DNA from: Negaprion brevirostris
Lineage: Eukaryota
Length of the DNA: 64,000 nt
NCBI GenBank assembly: GCA_030324005.1
Contig: JARDVH010000031.1
Span: forward strand, 10,966,315-11,030,314
Reading direction: 5' to 3'
Part shown: piece by piece, positions 37,900 to 50,459 of the stretch
How the letters are laid out: each line of letters starts with the position of its first letter
Position numbering within the stretch: the first letter of the stretch is position 1
The notes under the pieces: generated by a model
Told to the model about the DNA's origin: nothing
Databases searched by the model: none
The model's input: only the letters and a program-made list of their open reading frames with translations
Position numbers and translations under genes: made by a program

Positions 37900-38730
37900 A
37901 GTGCCCAAATACAGCAAGACCTGGACAGCATTCAATCTAGGGCCAATAAATGGCCAGTAGTATTCATGCCACAAAGTACCAGGTAATGATGACCATCTCC
38001 AACAAGACAGAATCTACCCATTGTCCCTTGATATTCAATGGCATTACATTCATTGAATACTGCTCTATCAATATCCTAGGAGTCACAGTTAATCAGAAAC
38101 TGAACTAGACCATCCTTATAGATACTGTGACTACAAGATCCAGACAGAGGCTGGGACTTCTGCAGTGAGTAACTCACCTTTTGACTCCCCAAAGCCTGTC
38201 CACCATCTACTTACAAGGCTCAAGTTAGGATTGTGGTGGAATACTCTTCAGATGAATGCAGCTCCAACAACATTCAAGAGGCTCGACACCATCCAAGACA
38301 AGACAGACCCCTTGAATTTCACCCCATCCACCATCTTAACCTTCATTCCCTCCACCACTGACACACAGTGGCAGCAGTGTGTACCATTTACAAGATGCAC
38401 TGCAGGAACTCACCATGGACCCTTTGATAGCATCTGTCAAATCCACAGCTTCTACCACCTCAAAGGACAAGGACAGCAGATACTTGGGAACACCACCACC
38501 TGCAAATTCCCTCTAAGCCACCCACCATCCTGACTTGGAAATATATTGCTGTTCTTCCACTGTCACTGCATCAAAATCCAGGAACTCCCTTCCTTACAGC
38601 AGTGTGGGTGTACCTACACAACATGGCCTGCAGCAGTTCAAGGAGGTGGCTCACCACCACCGTCTCNNNNNNNNNNAATTAGGGATGGACTATAAATACA
38701 GGCCTAGCCGGCAATGCCTACACCTGTGAA
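37900..38730 (+). mobile_element. CR1-clade LINE 3' region
   Basis: QQDLDSIQSRANKWPVVFMP; AAPTTFKRLDTIQDK; NSLPYSSVGVPTQHGLQQFKEVAHHH. Confidence 0.85.
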
Positions 38731-38761
38731 AAAGGTGTTTAAAATCCACTGACCTTAACCA

Positions 38762-38965
38762 CTCACATGGTCTTGAAGTTTTTTAAGGCACATCAATCAG
38801 ATGAAGCCAGCTTCCTTGAATCACTTCCATTCCCTTTACAGGATGCCTTGAGTGCCCACTTGGCCTCTTGCAGAAACAAGACCTCTGCCCGGCTTTGCAC
38901 CTTTCTAACTCCTTGAAGAAGGTCTCCAGTGTCCCATCAGAGACCCTGGGAGCCCTTTCTCTGGC
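38762..38965 (-). pseudogene. Harbinger Myb/SANT-like DNA-binding ORF remnant
   Basis: Minus strand reads ARERAPRVSDGTLETFFKELER...EVLF and CLKKLQD, resembling RERAPRFSD..LE.LV.EV..R..VLF...QCRKKFNDL. Confidence 0.6.
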
Positions 38966-39029
38966 TTACAGCTCCATTGGAACTCATTCCTTTCTGAAAC
39001 ACCACCTTCCTCTACCACCCTCCTGCAAA

Positions 39030-39362
39030 CTGTAATATCATTACAACTGCAATGACATTATAACTGCGATATCATTACATCTGCAATATCATTCTAACCA
39101 CAATGACATTACAACCACAGTGACATTACATCTACAATGACATTACAACTGCAGTATCATTACAAGCACAATAACATTTTGACTGCAATCATATTCCGAC
39201 TGCAATAACATTCCAACTGCAATGACATCACAACCACAATGACATTACAACTGCACCATCATTACAACTGCAATCTAATTGCAATCACAATGACATTACA
39301 ACTGTAATGACATTACAACTGCAATGACATTGCAACCACAATATCAGTATAACTGCAATAAT
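39030..39362. repeat. 17-bp minisatellite (cattacaactgcaatga), about 19 diverged copies
   Basis: Directly visible periodicity. Confidence 0.92.
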
Positions 39363-40034
39363 ACCAGCCTAGTGTTGCCACTGAATTTGCACTTCCCCTC
39401 GATCGTCCCATTTTTCCTATCACTGCCCACCAGCCACCAACCCCCATCCTCTGGCACCCAACATTGCAAATTTAAGAGGGGAAATGTTATAAAAATCAGA
39501 GAAAGAATGGAACTGTATTCCTGGCCAGCAAGGCCCAGGGCTAGAAGATGTACCCATCCAAATCACATCTAAAATAGCCACTATGAATGTAAAGTTAGGC
39601 ACTTTTTTCCGGTTGAATTACTCACAAGCTTTTGCTGCCTCATTAAAAGAAAATGCTCTATACATACTTTAGAGCAGGTATATATTACTGGTTTATTTTT
39701 CTCCCGCAGTGCAGTTTATTGAGTCTTTTATGTTGTATCTCCAAATGATAAATTACAATTCTGCTATGACACAGTGAAATTTGAGAGAAGGGAAGACTAT
39801 ATGTGCAATGCATTTAAAAGTCCAATTATTCCAGTCGATTATACAGTGCCAGTTCATGAAGTTATTCATACTGCTTTATTTTATGTGCATTTGTTTTGCC
39901 AGCATTCCTAATGTAATCTTTGATACCCATGTTTTATTTTTCTTTTCAATATAAATTCTACCTAAAACTATCATGATGCAGCAACCAAATGATTTACATT
40001 TGCTACAATCTTTGTAGAGGCCTGTAACTTTTAA

Positions 40035-40312
40035 TAAGATCATAAGAAATGGGAGCAAGAGTAGACCATTTGGCCCATCAGGCCTGCTCTGCCATTCAAT
40101 AAGAACATGGCTGTGCAGTCCATAACACTGGGTTCTTGCCTGCCCTCTATTACCCTTAACTCCCTGTCAATCAAAGATCTATCTAACTCACTCTTGAATA
40201 TTTTCTCTGACCCGACCTCTACTGCTACCTGTGGAAAAGAATTCCAAAGATGAATGACCCACTGAAAGAAGACGTTCCTCCTGATGTCCACCTTAAATAG
40301 GAAATCCCCATT
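40035..40312 (-). mobile_element. CR1 3' end
   Basis: RRNVFFQWVIHLWNSFPQVAVEVGSEKIFKSELDRSL and 3' UTR tail. Confidence 0.85.
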
Positions 40313-40330
40313 GGCTTTGAGCTTGCTGCT

Positions 40331-40516
40331 GATAGCTAAAAGAATGATACAAGATTTCACATTTTAAAACTTATACTGTAACAAATGTCTAAAAACACTA
40401 TTGATTAAATGTTTAAAAAGAGATTGGAACTCCCAATTGATAGCTGGAAAAATGACACAAGATTTCATGTTTTAAAACTTTTACTGTAACAAATGACTAA
40501 AACAGTATTGATTAAA
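40331..40516 (+). repeat. About 80-bp direct repeat, 2 copies (40331-40409, 40439-40516)
   Basis: gatagct...aatga.acaagatttca..ttttaaaactt.tactgtaacaaatg...tattgattaaa. Confidence 0.85.
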
Positions 40517-41312
40517 CACCATTTTCTTTTCACAGGCAAGTTATACTTCAAACTACAGAGAGGAACATTCCTCTTTTATACTTCACACTCTCCACTGAAT
40601 TACGTTGTTATAGCAAAATGTTACAGTGGCTCCCAGCTTCCATTGGGTTCCCATGTCTCCACTTCACTGAGTAGTAATTTTGAGTGATCATCTCAAGGTA
40701 TTTCCCTCAGCTTTTGGCAAGTTTCTTAAATCCACCACCAGCAGGAAAACCTATTCCTCCTGACAATGTTGGGAAAGAAATCTCCTGAAGACCATGTAGG
40801 ATGTGTCACTTCGACTAGCGACTATCTCCATCCCACATCAAGCTGTGGTAACTCACAAGGTCAAGCAGCCTTTTTTCTCTGCTGATCAAACAAAACTGCT
40901 GTCTGCCTGCAAATTTCACTGATCTTTGGGAAGCCTGTACTCTGATCTCAGAAATAGCTTCCTCTGCCCTCTTCCCTATGTTAATATGAAACATATTCAT
41001 CTTCCATCCAGCTAGAAATCCTAGTTAGCTNNNNNNNNNNNNNNNNNNNNNNNNNNNNNNNNNNNNNNNNNNNNNNNNNGACAGCACCGACTGTTGACAA
41101 CCTAATAGATCAATACCTTTCTGGGACTTTGAGAGACTCAAAAATCTCCTTGGTGTAAACCCTGAGACAGCTGCCTTATATCCAAGGTAAAATACCTTAC
41201 ATGTTCTCCTCAGTAAAATAATCTAATCCTTCTTTTGAACTTTAACAATTAGACCACCCAAACTTTTGAACAGGTCACATAACTCCCTTCAGTTACCCTA
41301 AACTGAAAGATA

Positions 41313-41443
41313 CAGGGTGGGATATTCTGGCTGTGCTCACCCTGTAACAGGAAAATCCTGCCCAAAGTCAACGGGCCTTACCACGGTCCACCCCTCACCC
41401 ACTACGATTCCCAAGGCGGGCAGAACAGGAAAATTTGCCGCAC
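41313..41443. mobile_element. Short MITE (Harbinger-like termini)
   Basis: gggtgggatattc...ggaaaatttgccgc; the left terminus recurs at 54252. Confidence 0.5.
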
Positions 41444-42159
41444 CATCTCAAAATATAATTATGTTCTAATCCTCATAACTGTAATAACTTAATATAAAAT
41501 CTATCTGCAGCGGTTTAAATAAATGTTCCAGGAGGAAAGAAAATCAGCAAGAAAATGATACCATTTTTGTTTTAAAGCTCCTTAAAATGGAAAGACGCAT
41601 CTATACAGAATAGCTCACAACCACAACACATTTTACAAGCAATGAATTACTTTTGAAGAGTAATCACTGTTGTAATGTAAGAAACTTGGAATTTGATTAA
41701 GTTTACTTTGCTAATTGCATAGTGTAGACAATTCTGAATGAGCTAAGTGGTACCTAGGAATCATGCACACAATATCAGTTTCTGCATTGGCAGTAATCCA
41801 GCACACAATTGATAGATAAGAAATAGTTATGGCTCTGTAATGAAACAGCAGTTGTTCTTTGAAGGCAGCCCATCAAGTTGAAAATTATGTAGATATGTCA
41901 TTTAGACTTTGATGCATTTGTTACCAAATGTCACACCTGTTACAGCTGAAAGTATTCTTTGTGGCATTGCCATTCCATGTTGTAAAAGGCAGATCTCTCA
42001 ACAGATTGAGCATATATTTATAACACACTTAAAATGTCTGTGGCTGCTTAGGGTATGGAATGGGACAATTTCCATGCATTGAGATGCATTGCTTTTATAC
42101 GAATGGAAAAATAAATTGTCTCCACCAATAATCAGAAAAATATTCATAGAAGAAGAATT

Positions 42160-42580
42160 GTAGAATCATGGAGCATTTACAGTACAGTAAAAGACTGGCC
42201 CATCAAATCTATGCTTGCTCTCTGGAAGAATAATTTAGCTTGTTTACCCACACCCATGCCCTTTTCCCTGGTTCATATCCTCTTACTGATTCCCTTTTGA
42301 AAGCCACACTTGCATCTGTAGCAGCCATACTCTGAGGTATTGCATTCCAGATCCTAAGCACTCACTCAGGAAGGAGAAAATTTTTAAATATCATTTTTGG
42401 TTCTTTTCCCATTCCTCAAATCCGTGTCCTCTGACTCTCGTTCCTTCTGCCAATGGGCACAATTTCTCTCTGCCTACTCTCATGATTTTGAACACATTTA
42501 TCAACCTTCTTTTCTCTAAGTAAAACAACCCAGCAATGCAGCATCTCCAAACTATCTACATAACTGAAGTCACTCATCCC
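42160..42580 (-). mobile_element. CR1 3' end
   Basis: Tail tagaatcatggagcatttacagtacag; DFSYVDSLEML motif. Confidence 0.75.
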
Positions 42581-42589
42581 GTACAGCCG

Positions 42590-44560
42590 GTGGCCACTGT
42601 GATCATCCCCAGACAAGGGGCTCCAATGCTCTGAGCTGATGACGATTAATGATGAGGGGCAGCAGCACCAACAACAGGTGCAGAACTATACAGAGGTGAT
42701 GCTTAATGGACAGGGAGGGTATGAAGGGATGATGTTCTCCATTGGATGCACTGGAAAAGTATCATCTTCCCAGTCCTGTAGGAGTAGCAGCGCTGCCCCT
42801 GTCAGAAACTGTAAAAGTGGTGATGGTGCTGAACTTCATTGTCACTGGGTCATTTTAAGATGTGGCACTTAACCTGTGTGGCAAATCGTGAGGACTTCCC
42901 ATCATCAGGCAGGTAATGAGTGTCTTCTAGGGGAGGGAATCAGCCTACTATGAATCCGAGAATGATGTAGCCATACCGGCACAGAGGCCTTGAGCTTTGC
43001 CTCTGCGGCAGGATTCCCTTAGGTGCCAGGCGTAAGCAACAGGACCCATGTGGCAACCAAGAGCCTGGAAGAATAGCCAGAGATATTTAGCAATAAGAAG
43101 GGGTTCCACTCTACCTCACGTGTTCCTTCAGGGCTGTGCGCAGTTTCTGATAGCTGCCATGACAGCAGCATCCTGGGTCATCATNNNNNNNNNNNNNNNN
43201 NNNNNNNNNNNNNNNNNNNNNNNNNNNNNNNNNNNNNNNNNNNNNNNNNNNNNNNNNNNNNNNNNNNNNNNNNNNNNNNNNNCACCCAACAGAGTATGGC
43301 TGTGTCTGTCTCCATCCTTCCAGCTGCCTCTACCTTTGCCTCTTCCTCCTGCTGACAGCTGAAGGGGGCAGTTATGGTTGTCCCCTCCTGAGACAGCTCC
43401 ATCCAAGCCTGCTCCATCTGGCTGTTACCCCTTGGATTGTAACCTCAAGCCCACATGCTACCACCTAGCAGGGCCGCAGCACCCAACCTTCCACAAGCTT
43501 CCTCACAGCACCTTGGGACTCCTCTCCATACAACCCCTCCCTGCTCACATGCTGTGCCCAAACATAGCAGGTTTCATCGATATCTCGCTGTCAGTGTATG
43601 GCGGTTCTCCCCATCAGGACACAGCTGTTCTCAGTGAGCCTTCATGCTTGCCAGACAATTCGACCCCCTCAGAGCAAATGCTTTATTCACAGTGATAGGA
43701 CTCAGTCATTATTCAATGAACCGAGACCTCACCCCTAATCCCCCTCTAGACAAAGGGACTATGAATGTAGCGCTGCACCTCACTGTGACACGGTGCTGGC
43801 AGCAAACTAGCAGGAGTCAGATATTAGTGGCATCTCTGAGGAAAATCACAGACCGTTCCTCACTGCGACTCATCATCACCTTCCTGCAATGAATGGTCAG
43901 GGGGCACTCAAGGACTCCCCAGCCCCAGCATCCTGATGATTGAGATCTCGGTCACCTCCATCCCTTGATCGCAGAGAGGTCGCAGTGTCCTGCAAAGTTT
44001 GTAGTACTCTGAACTCCTGACAACAGCCTCTACTTATTCAAAGCTGTCTGACTATAAATAATAAAGCTCCTCTATCATTCTGTTTTCTAATTAACAAGCA
44101 TGTAAGGAGGTGGGTGGGCTGGTGAAATACCAGGGCATCGCTTCCGGATGGCTCCCCGATACAGGCACGCAGTTAGGGAAGCTTCCCAGTAGCAAAAAAA
44201 GCAGTGGCTGAAGGAACTGCTGGTCCACTCTGAATAATTAAAGGCCCAATTAAGGACCATTTTCCCAGGCTGTTGGTATTTTGCCAGCAATAAAGGAGCT
44301 CAAGGCTGCTGGCTGCATATAGACTGCTTCCTTCTGGCTTCCCAGGACAACCATCATGGCCTACGGAGGAGACTGCCAGCAGCAACGGTTGTCCGCTTGA
44401 CCTCAATATCATTGCTGGCTGGGCTTTGCCCAATCACCAGGGCCTACCTGTTTGACCCCAGTAAGAAAACTGACTTTCTGTCACCACAGTGAGGGGGCCT
44501 CAATAGCAGCCACTTCTCTCAGTGGACCAGCAGCCTGGAAGGTCCACCTGGCTTCCTTAA
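42590..44560. mobile_element. Decayed PIF/Harbinger transposon with transposase (+) and probable Myb ORF (-) remnants
   Basis: 43008-43184 (+) reads AGFP*VPGVSNRTHVATK, FSNKKG(FHS), SCHDSSIL, matching the HARBI1-type motifs AGFPxVxGxIDCTHV, NRKGFHS, GSxHD; near 43890 (-) IHCRKVM resembles QCRKK. Confidence 0.7.
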
Positions 44561-45345
44561 TCGACCATCTCCCTTGACTGTTGATTTTTGATGATCTTCT
44601 GATTATGCGGAGGAATTCCTACCTCCCACCTAAGTGTGCTGGGACACCAGATAACATGAGGGACTTCCCCCCCTTCTGGGAAGATTCCATATATCTTCTC
44701 CATGTCTATGACTACCATCAGTCCAAAGAGTCTTCTGTTGACCAAACAGTTGAGCAATTTTGTGTATGCATTTCAGAGCCTGTGCAATACTAAGTACAAA
44801 GGCCACATATCCTAGCAATTGGCTGATTAGATTAGACAGCATGTTCTTTTGGCTATTCGTACTTGGCAGAGTATAGACTGTACTCAACCAGCCTGCACTT
44901 GCAAACCCAAAACAAATGTCTACTGTTAAGCATGATTCTGCATTTGATGAACGATCCTGACTATGCTAATAGTTAAACTACCAATCTAAGATAATCAGTC
45001 AAACTTGTAACATGGCTCAGTTACACTTATTAAAAGTAACATATATTCATACACAGTGACCTGTTTACTACAAACAAAAGCAATATGTTCAAGCCTTGTG
45101 CCACTTTTGAATTACCTGGGAGTTTCTGGAGTTAACAGATCCGCATTGCCTTCTCCATGGCAACAGATTAACCAATTTGACTGGACTTGCCAATCAATCA
45201 GCACCCTTTACTCCAGTGGTATAAATTGGTGTGGTCATTTAAAATTTGTCGTTCTTACTGTTCAGGACCAAATCAGAAACTCCAGGGTTAATTATGAACG
45301 GACCCTAACTTTACTTCTCAATTTTGCATTAGGGTAAACATTTGG

Positions 45346-46072
45346 TGTTATGTTTCAGGTATGATTCAATTCTCCCACTGAGAAGCTTTTATCAAAACAA
45401 ACTTTACTTATGAACAGACGGAATATAACAAACAAAATAGCATAACTTAGCCATTAAAATACTTAAACAAGAGAAAGTCTAATTCTTAACAGATAGCAAT
45501 CTCTATAGTTCCAATTGTAAGCAGTATCCCATAAACAGATATTCCTTCTTCAGAACTAGTTAGCACCAAAAGCAGATGTGCTTATGAGGATGCTAGACTT
45601 CCAGCTTTTTAACATCTCTGGACAGAGATCCAGGCAGACACTTGTTTTCTGACTGTCATACAGCAGTTTCCAGAGAAGAATATATCCTCAAACAGCAGAT
45701 GCTCAGAAAAAGAGACTTAATTCCTGCTGATTCCAGTCTCCAACTCCAGAGAGGAAGAGAGAGACCCTGCTCTCTAACAACTCGAAGCAGCATCTAAGCT
45801 TTATTTCTCTACCCAGTCACCAGACGTTTTTTTCTGTTAATCAAGCTAATAAGTCCTACTCTACAAAACCCCAGGGTAAACCCATAGTAAAATAATAGAA
45901 CAGCATTAAAACTAACGTTCTAGCAATCAAGCACAATTATGCTGCTGTATAATCCAGAGCTGCCAGATGCAAAATAATGGCATTGATTTTTTTTAAAAAC
46001 TGCTAAAACAGATCCTGCACAAGAAACATGACTCAAATACATTTATTAAAGGTATCTTATCATCACATTACA
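45346..46072. mobile_element. Solo LTR
   Basis: TGTTA...TTACA termini; flanks TTTGG / TTTGT (5-bp TSD with one mismatch). Confidence 0.55.
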
Positions 46073-46437
46073 TTTGTCCTGANNNNNNNNNNNNNNNNNN
46101 NNNNNNNNNNNNNNNNNNNNNNNNNNNNNNNNNNNNNNNNNNNNNNNNNNNNNNNNNNNNNNNNNNNNNNNNNNNNNNNNNNNNNNNNNNNNNNNNNNNN
46201 NNNNNNNNNNNNNNNNNNNNNNNNNNNNNNNNNNNNNNNNNNNNNNNNNNNNNNNNNNNNNNNNNNNNNNNNNNNNNNNNNNNNNNNNNNNNNNNNNNNN
46301 NNNNNNNNNNNNNNNNNNNNNNNNNNNNNNNNNNNNNNNNNNNNNNNNNNNNNNNNNNNNNNNNNNNNNNNNNNNNNNNNNNNNNNNNNNNNNNNNNNNN
46401 NNNNNNNNNNNNNNNNNNNNNNNNNNNNNNNNNNNNN

Positions 46438-46510
46438 GATCTTATTGAATGGCGGGGCAGGCTCGAAGGGCTAGATGGCCTACTCCTGCTCCTATTTCTT
46501 ATGTTCTTAA
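46438..46510 (+). mobile_element. Young CR1 3' tail (body lost in gap)
   Basis: Identical over about 65 bp to 56757-56822. Confidence 0.85.
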
Positions 46511-48466
46511 ATTAATTTCAAATGCACGCTGAAAATACATAATTTGTTTGCCATTACTTAATTTATTCAGAAGCCAGTGAAAGGTTTTAATACCTCCTTC
46601 GTGAGTATTTACAGTGAAGTAACTTTGCATTTCTTTTGTCCACTTAAATTTAAAAATGGTTTCCATAGAATGGCAATGATTACTTTGACTAATTGGTCCA
46701 AGGTAAAATTCATAACCCATTATTCCATATACCATAGAAAAAGTACAATAAGTAAGGTATTTAAGACTGTCAAGAACCTCAAATAGAAACCCATCCCTCT
46801 GAGAGACATTGATGTAAAGGCATATGGTCTTTCTTTGCAGTATTTGATGTTAAGTAAGCATCTGCAACTCCTTGTTTTAATAAACTATATCATTTAATAC
46901 TGCAGAATCCCATTCATATCCATGTAAGAAATGTTTCAAAAGCTTTGGAAAACATAATTATAAATATCCTTTCAGGATCATGTAGTTCTCAATTCACTTC
47001 CAATTTGATCCAAAGCTTTGGCCTCCAGTGAACTGAACGGAGCCACTCTGAGATGTAAATATCCTCATAACTAACATCAACAGAATAGAAGAAGGAGACC
47101 TCGCATGACAGCTGTCTGTTGTATAGGCCTTTAAGAAATGGCATCACACCATCACTGGAGAGGAACTGAGTCATATGATCTAGTTCTAGTTTCACGTTTG
47201 CCTGTAAGCAGAATACAGCACAGTCCAGATATCTTCAAGCTTTCTATCATGTGCCGAGACTAAATAAATGAACGCACGATGTGTCGACCCAGTCCCTTAT
47301 GAGTGATTGATGACTTCCATCATTTTAAAAACATGACGGCCTCCACTAAAAAGAACACTTCTTACTTAGGACCTTTCTGTAGCAGAAATACTTATGTTAT
47401 TTTTGGAAAGTCTGACTTACCAAGGACAAGGGGATGGAGGCAGGAGGTACTGGTTCAGAATGTTCTTGCTTTCAGAAGCTGGAGCAGCATTCAATATACA
47501 GAGGTCAGTGATCCCACAATCAACATTCAAAGCTCTGCTGTCCTACCACATCTAGTGGTGGACAAACAACTAACAGGAGGACAAATTCCACAAATATCCT
47601 CATTCTCAATGATTGGGGAGCACAGCACATCAGTGCAAATGTCAGTGTCAACTTCAGGCAGAAGTGACAAGTGACTGATCCCTCTTAGCCTCCTCTTGAG
47701 GTCCCCAGACTCTTCAACTCAGAGTGATATTGAGAAATGGCTGAAAGTGCTGGATACTGCAAACGTTATAGGCCCTGACAATATTCTGGCAATAGTGCTG
47801 AAGTCTGCTCCAGAACTAGTGGAACCCATAACCAAGCTGATCCTGTATCGCTTCAACATTTGCATCTGTGCAAAATTGCCCAGGTATGTCCTGCCCATAA
47901 AAAGCAGGATGAACCCAATCCATTCATCAAGCCTCCTCTTAATTATCTGCAAAATAAAAGAAGGTGTCAATGACACTGCATCAACATGCACACTGGTGCT
48001 CAGTTTGCATTCTGCCTGGGCCATTTGGATCCTGACCTCGTTACAGCCCTGGACCAAACATAGGCAGAAGAGCTGAATTCAAGAGCCCTGGTGCGGGTGA
48101 CTGCCCTTGTCATCAATTGATGGGAGTCCTGGCAAAATTGAAATCAATGGGAATTGAGGAAAGCTCTCCACTGATTAGAGTCATACCTAGAACAAAAAGA
48201 GATGGTTGTGGTTGTTGGACGTCAATCATCTTATCACTGTAGGAGTTCCTCAGAATTGTGTCCTCGGCCCAACTATTTATAGCTGCTTCATCAGTGAGCT
48301 TCCCCCCATCATAAGGTTAGGAGTGGGGATGTTCACTGATGATTGCACACTGTTCAGTACCATTCACAACTTCTTACAGAATGAAAGAACTGTCAATATG
48401 CAACAGGATCTGGTCAACATTTAGGCTTGGTCTAATAAGTGGCAAGTAATATCCATATCACACAAG

Positions 48467-49473
48467 TGTTATGGACAGGAGGGATTACTTTAAACAGCCC
48501 TGATTTCTTCTCACACTACCCATCAGTAAACAGGAAGGTGTTTTAGATTTTTGATCTCTCCTTGGTGGCATTTTCCACAACCTTTCAATTTGGAGCGATC
48601 TGACCCTCAATTAACCCCACACCAAACTCAGGATATGGTCAGATAAGAAGGTTGGCTTATTTTGCACACAAACAAAACTGAAAAAAGGGTTTAACAATGT
48701 CTGTTGGTTTTTGCACTCATACAATAAAAGAGGGGTAAGGAATAGAAAGAAGTGAAGGGCAAGGCCACGATAAAAACAAGAGTTTTGGTTTCATGAGAGT
48801 CCAGAATCAAAAGTTGAATGGTGAATTCCTTCAGGCATTAGCAGGCTGACACAGGGTGCAAGGTGATCCATCTTTCCTGAAGTGAGGACTTCCATGAAGC
48901 AAGAAAGCAGGAAGAGATGAATCAGCCTTATAAACACCAATGAAGGAGTTTCGCTGTTTCCTGTATTATACAGTTTAGATGTGGCAATTTACCTGATGCT
49001 ACCTGTTAGGTGCTGAGATGGTAGACTGTCTGGATTCAGTTCCACACGGCAATATCANNNNNNNNNNATCACAGGTTCTAGCAGCTTGGGGAAGGTCATT
49101 TGACATACTTCCCACTTCTTCTCCTGGGGGTTGCATAAAGGATGTATTTTCCCAGGTTTAGAATCTTAAAACTTCTAATAAAGGAGTCAGGTTCTGTTTT
49201 GTCCTTGCAGGCACACTGACACCATTGACCAAAGCTCTGTTTTAGAAACATAAAGAATGGTGGTATGTTTGTTTGGAATTCGATCTTCTCAAGTCACTGG
49301 GCCATCAGCAGCTCTTCACAGATAACAAGGTCCCTGCTGGTTTTCTGATGGCTAGATATTCCTCTGATATAAAACATGGCAAGTCAGGCATGCCTTTGTC
49401 CATTCTAAAGTAAAATAATTTTATAAAGTAGCCAGGTTGACTACATTTCTCTCCCTGCCTTCTGGATGGAACA
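48467..49473. mobile_element. Solo LTR (1007 bp) inserted in the CR1
   Basis: TGTT...AACA termini with exact 4-bp TSD CAAG (48463-48466, 49474-49477); the CR1 resumes after it. Confidence 0.8.
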
Positions 49474-49759
49474 CAAGCGGTGTTCGTCTCCAGCAAGAGG
49501 GAATTTAACCATCACCATTTAATGGGATTACCATCGCTGAATACCTCACTATCAACATCCTGGGGGTTATTGTTGACCAGAATATGAATTATACCAGCCA
49601 AATAAATACTGTGACTACAAGAGCAGATCAAAGTCTGAGAATTCTAATGCAAGTAACTCACTTCTTTACTCGCCACAGTCTGTCCACTACAAAAGTGCAA
49701 GTCAGAGATAGTAAGAAGTCACACAACACCAGGTTAAAATCCAACAAGTTTATCTGGAA

Positions 49760-49796
49760 TCACGAACTTTCGGAGCATTGCTCCTTCATCAGGTGA
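49760..49796 (-). ncRNA. Minimal type I hammerhead ribozyme-like motif (Penelope-type)
   Basis: Minus strand UCAC-CUGAUGA-A-GGAGC-AAU-GCUCC-GAAA-GU-UC-GUGA: core boxes, 5-bp stem II, 4-bp stem I, vestigial stem III. Confidence 0.7.
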
Positions 49797-50459
49797 AGGC
49801 ATTTCCACACCAAGTCAGGAATGTGATGGAATATTCTCCACTTGCCTAGATGCATGCAGCTCAGGAAATTCTACACCACTCAGGACACAGCAGCCCACTT
49901 GATCAGCATCACATCCACCAATTCAAACTTTCACTCCCTCCACTGCTATGCATAAAGGCTGCAGTTTGTGTACTGTTTAAAAGAGGTATTGCAGTAACAC
50001 CAAGACTTCTTCAACAGCAAACTTCAAGCCCACAACCACCAGACCAAGAAGGACAAGGGCAGCAAATGCATAGAAAAGCCACCAACTGCAAGTCCTCCTC
50101 TAAGCCACACACCTTGCTGACTTGCAACTATATCACCATTCCTTCACTGTTGTGGGATCAAAATCCTGGGAGTTTCTTTCCAGCAGCATTGCTGGTGTAC
50201 CTGCTCTATATAAACTGCAATGGTTCAAGTCTTTGGATCCCCAACACCCTCTCAAGGGTAGTTTGAGATTGATAGCAACTGCTGACCAAGACAAAAACAC
50301 CCACATTCTACTAAAATATAAAAAACGGCTCCTTTTGGGCTATCCAACCCCTCATGGAAAGCTTCAGCCTCCATTTTTTTGACTGCAATCCCTCTCACCC
50401 TCCTTGAAACTATCCATGCCTTTATTTCTGATGGTAGATTCCAGTAACTTCTCCACAAT

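Larger units (their letters stand above)
47480..50310 (+). mobile_element. CR1-clade LINE ORF2 (RT) remnant with nested insertions
   Basis: GPDNILAIVLK.APEL..PI.KL; GVPQNCVLGPTIYSCFISELP...GMFTDDCT; QQDLVNI; 3' end matches 38200-38730. Confidence 0.9.

Noticed and set aside
39030-39362. CRISPR-like periodic array
   Set aside because: No unique spacers, degenerate units, no cas genes, eukaryotic context
43008-43184. Domesticated HARBI1 gene
   Set aside because: In-frame stop, frameshifts and loss of the first catalytic Asp motif indicate a dead transposon copy
46989-47215. Minus-strand acceptor (ttctgcttacag) followed by an open frame ANVKLELDHMTQFLSSDG...
   Set aside because: No recognisable homology, no good donor and no partner exons
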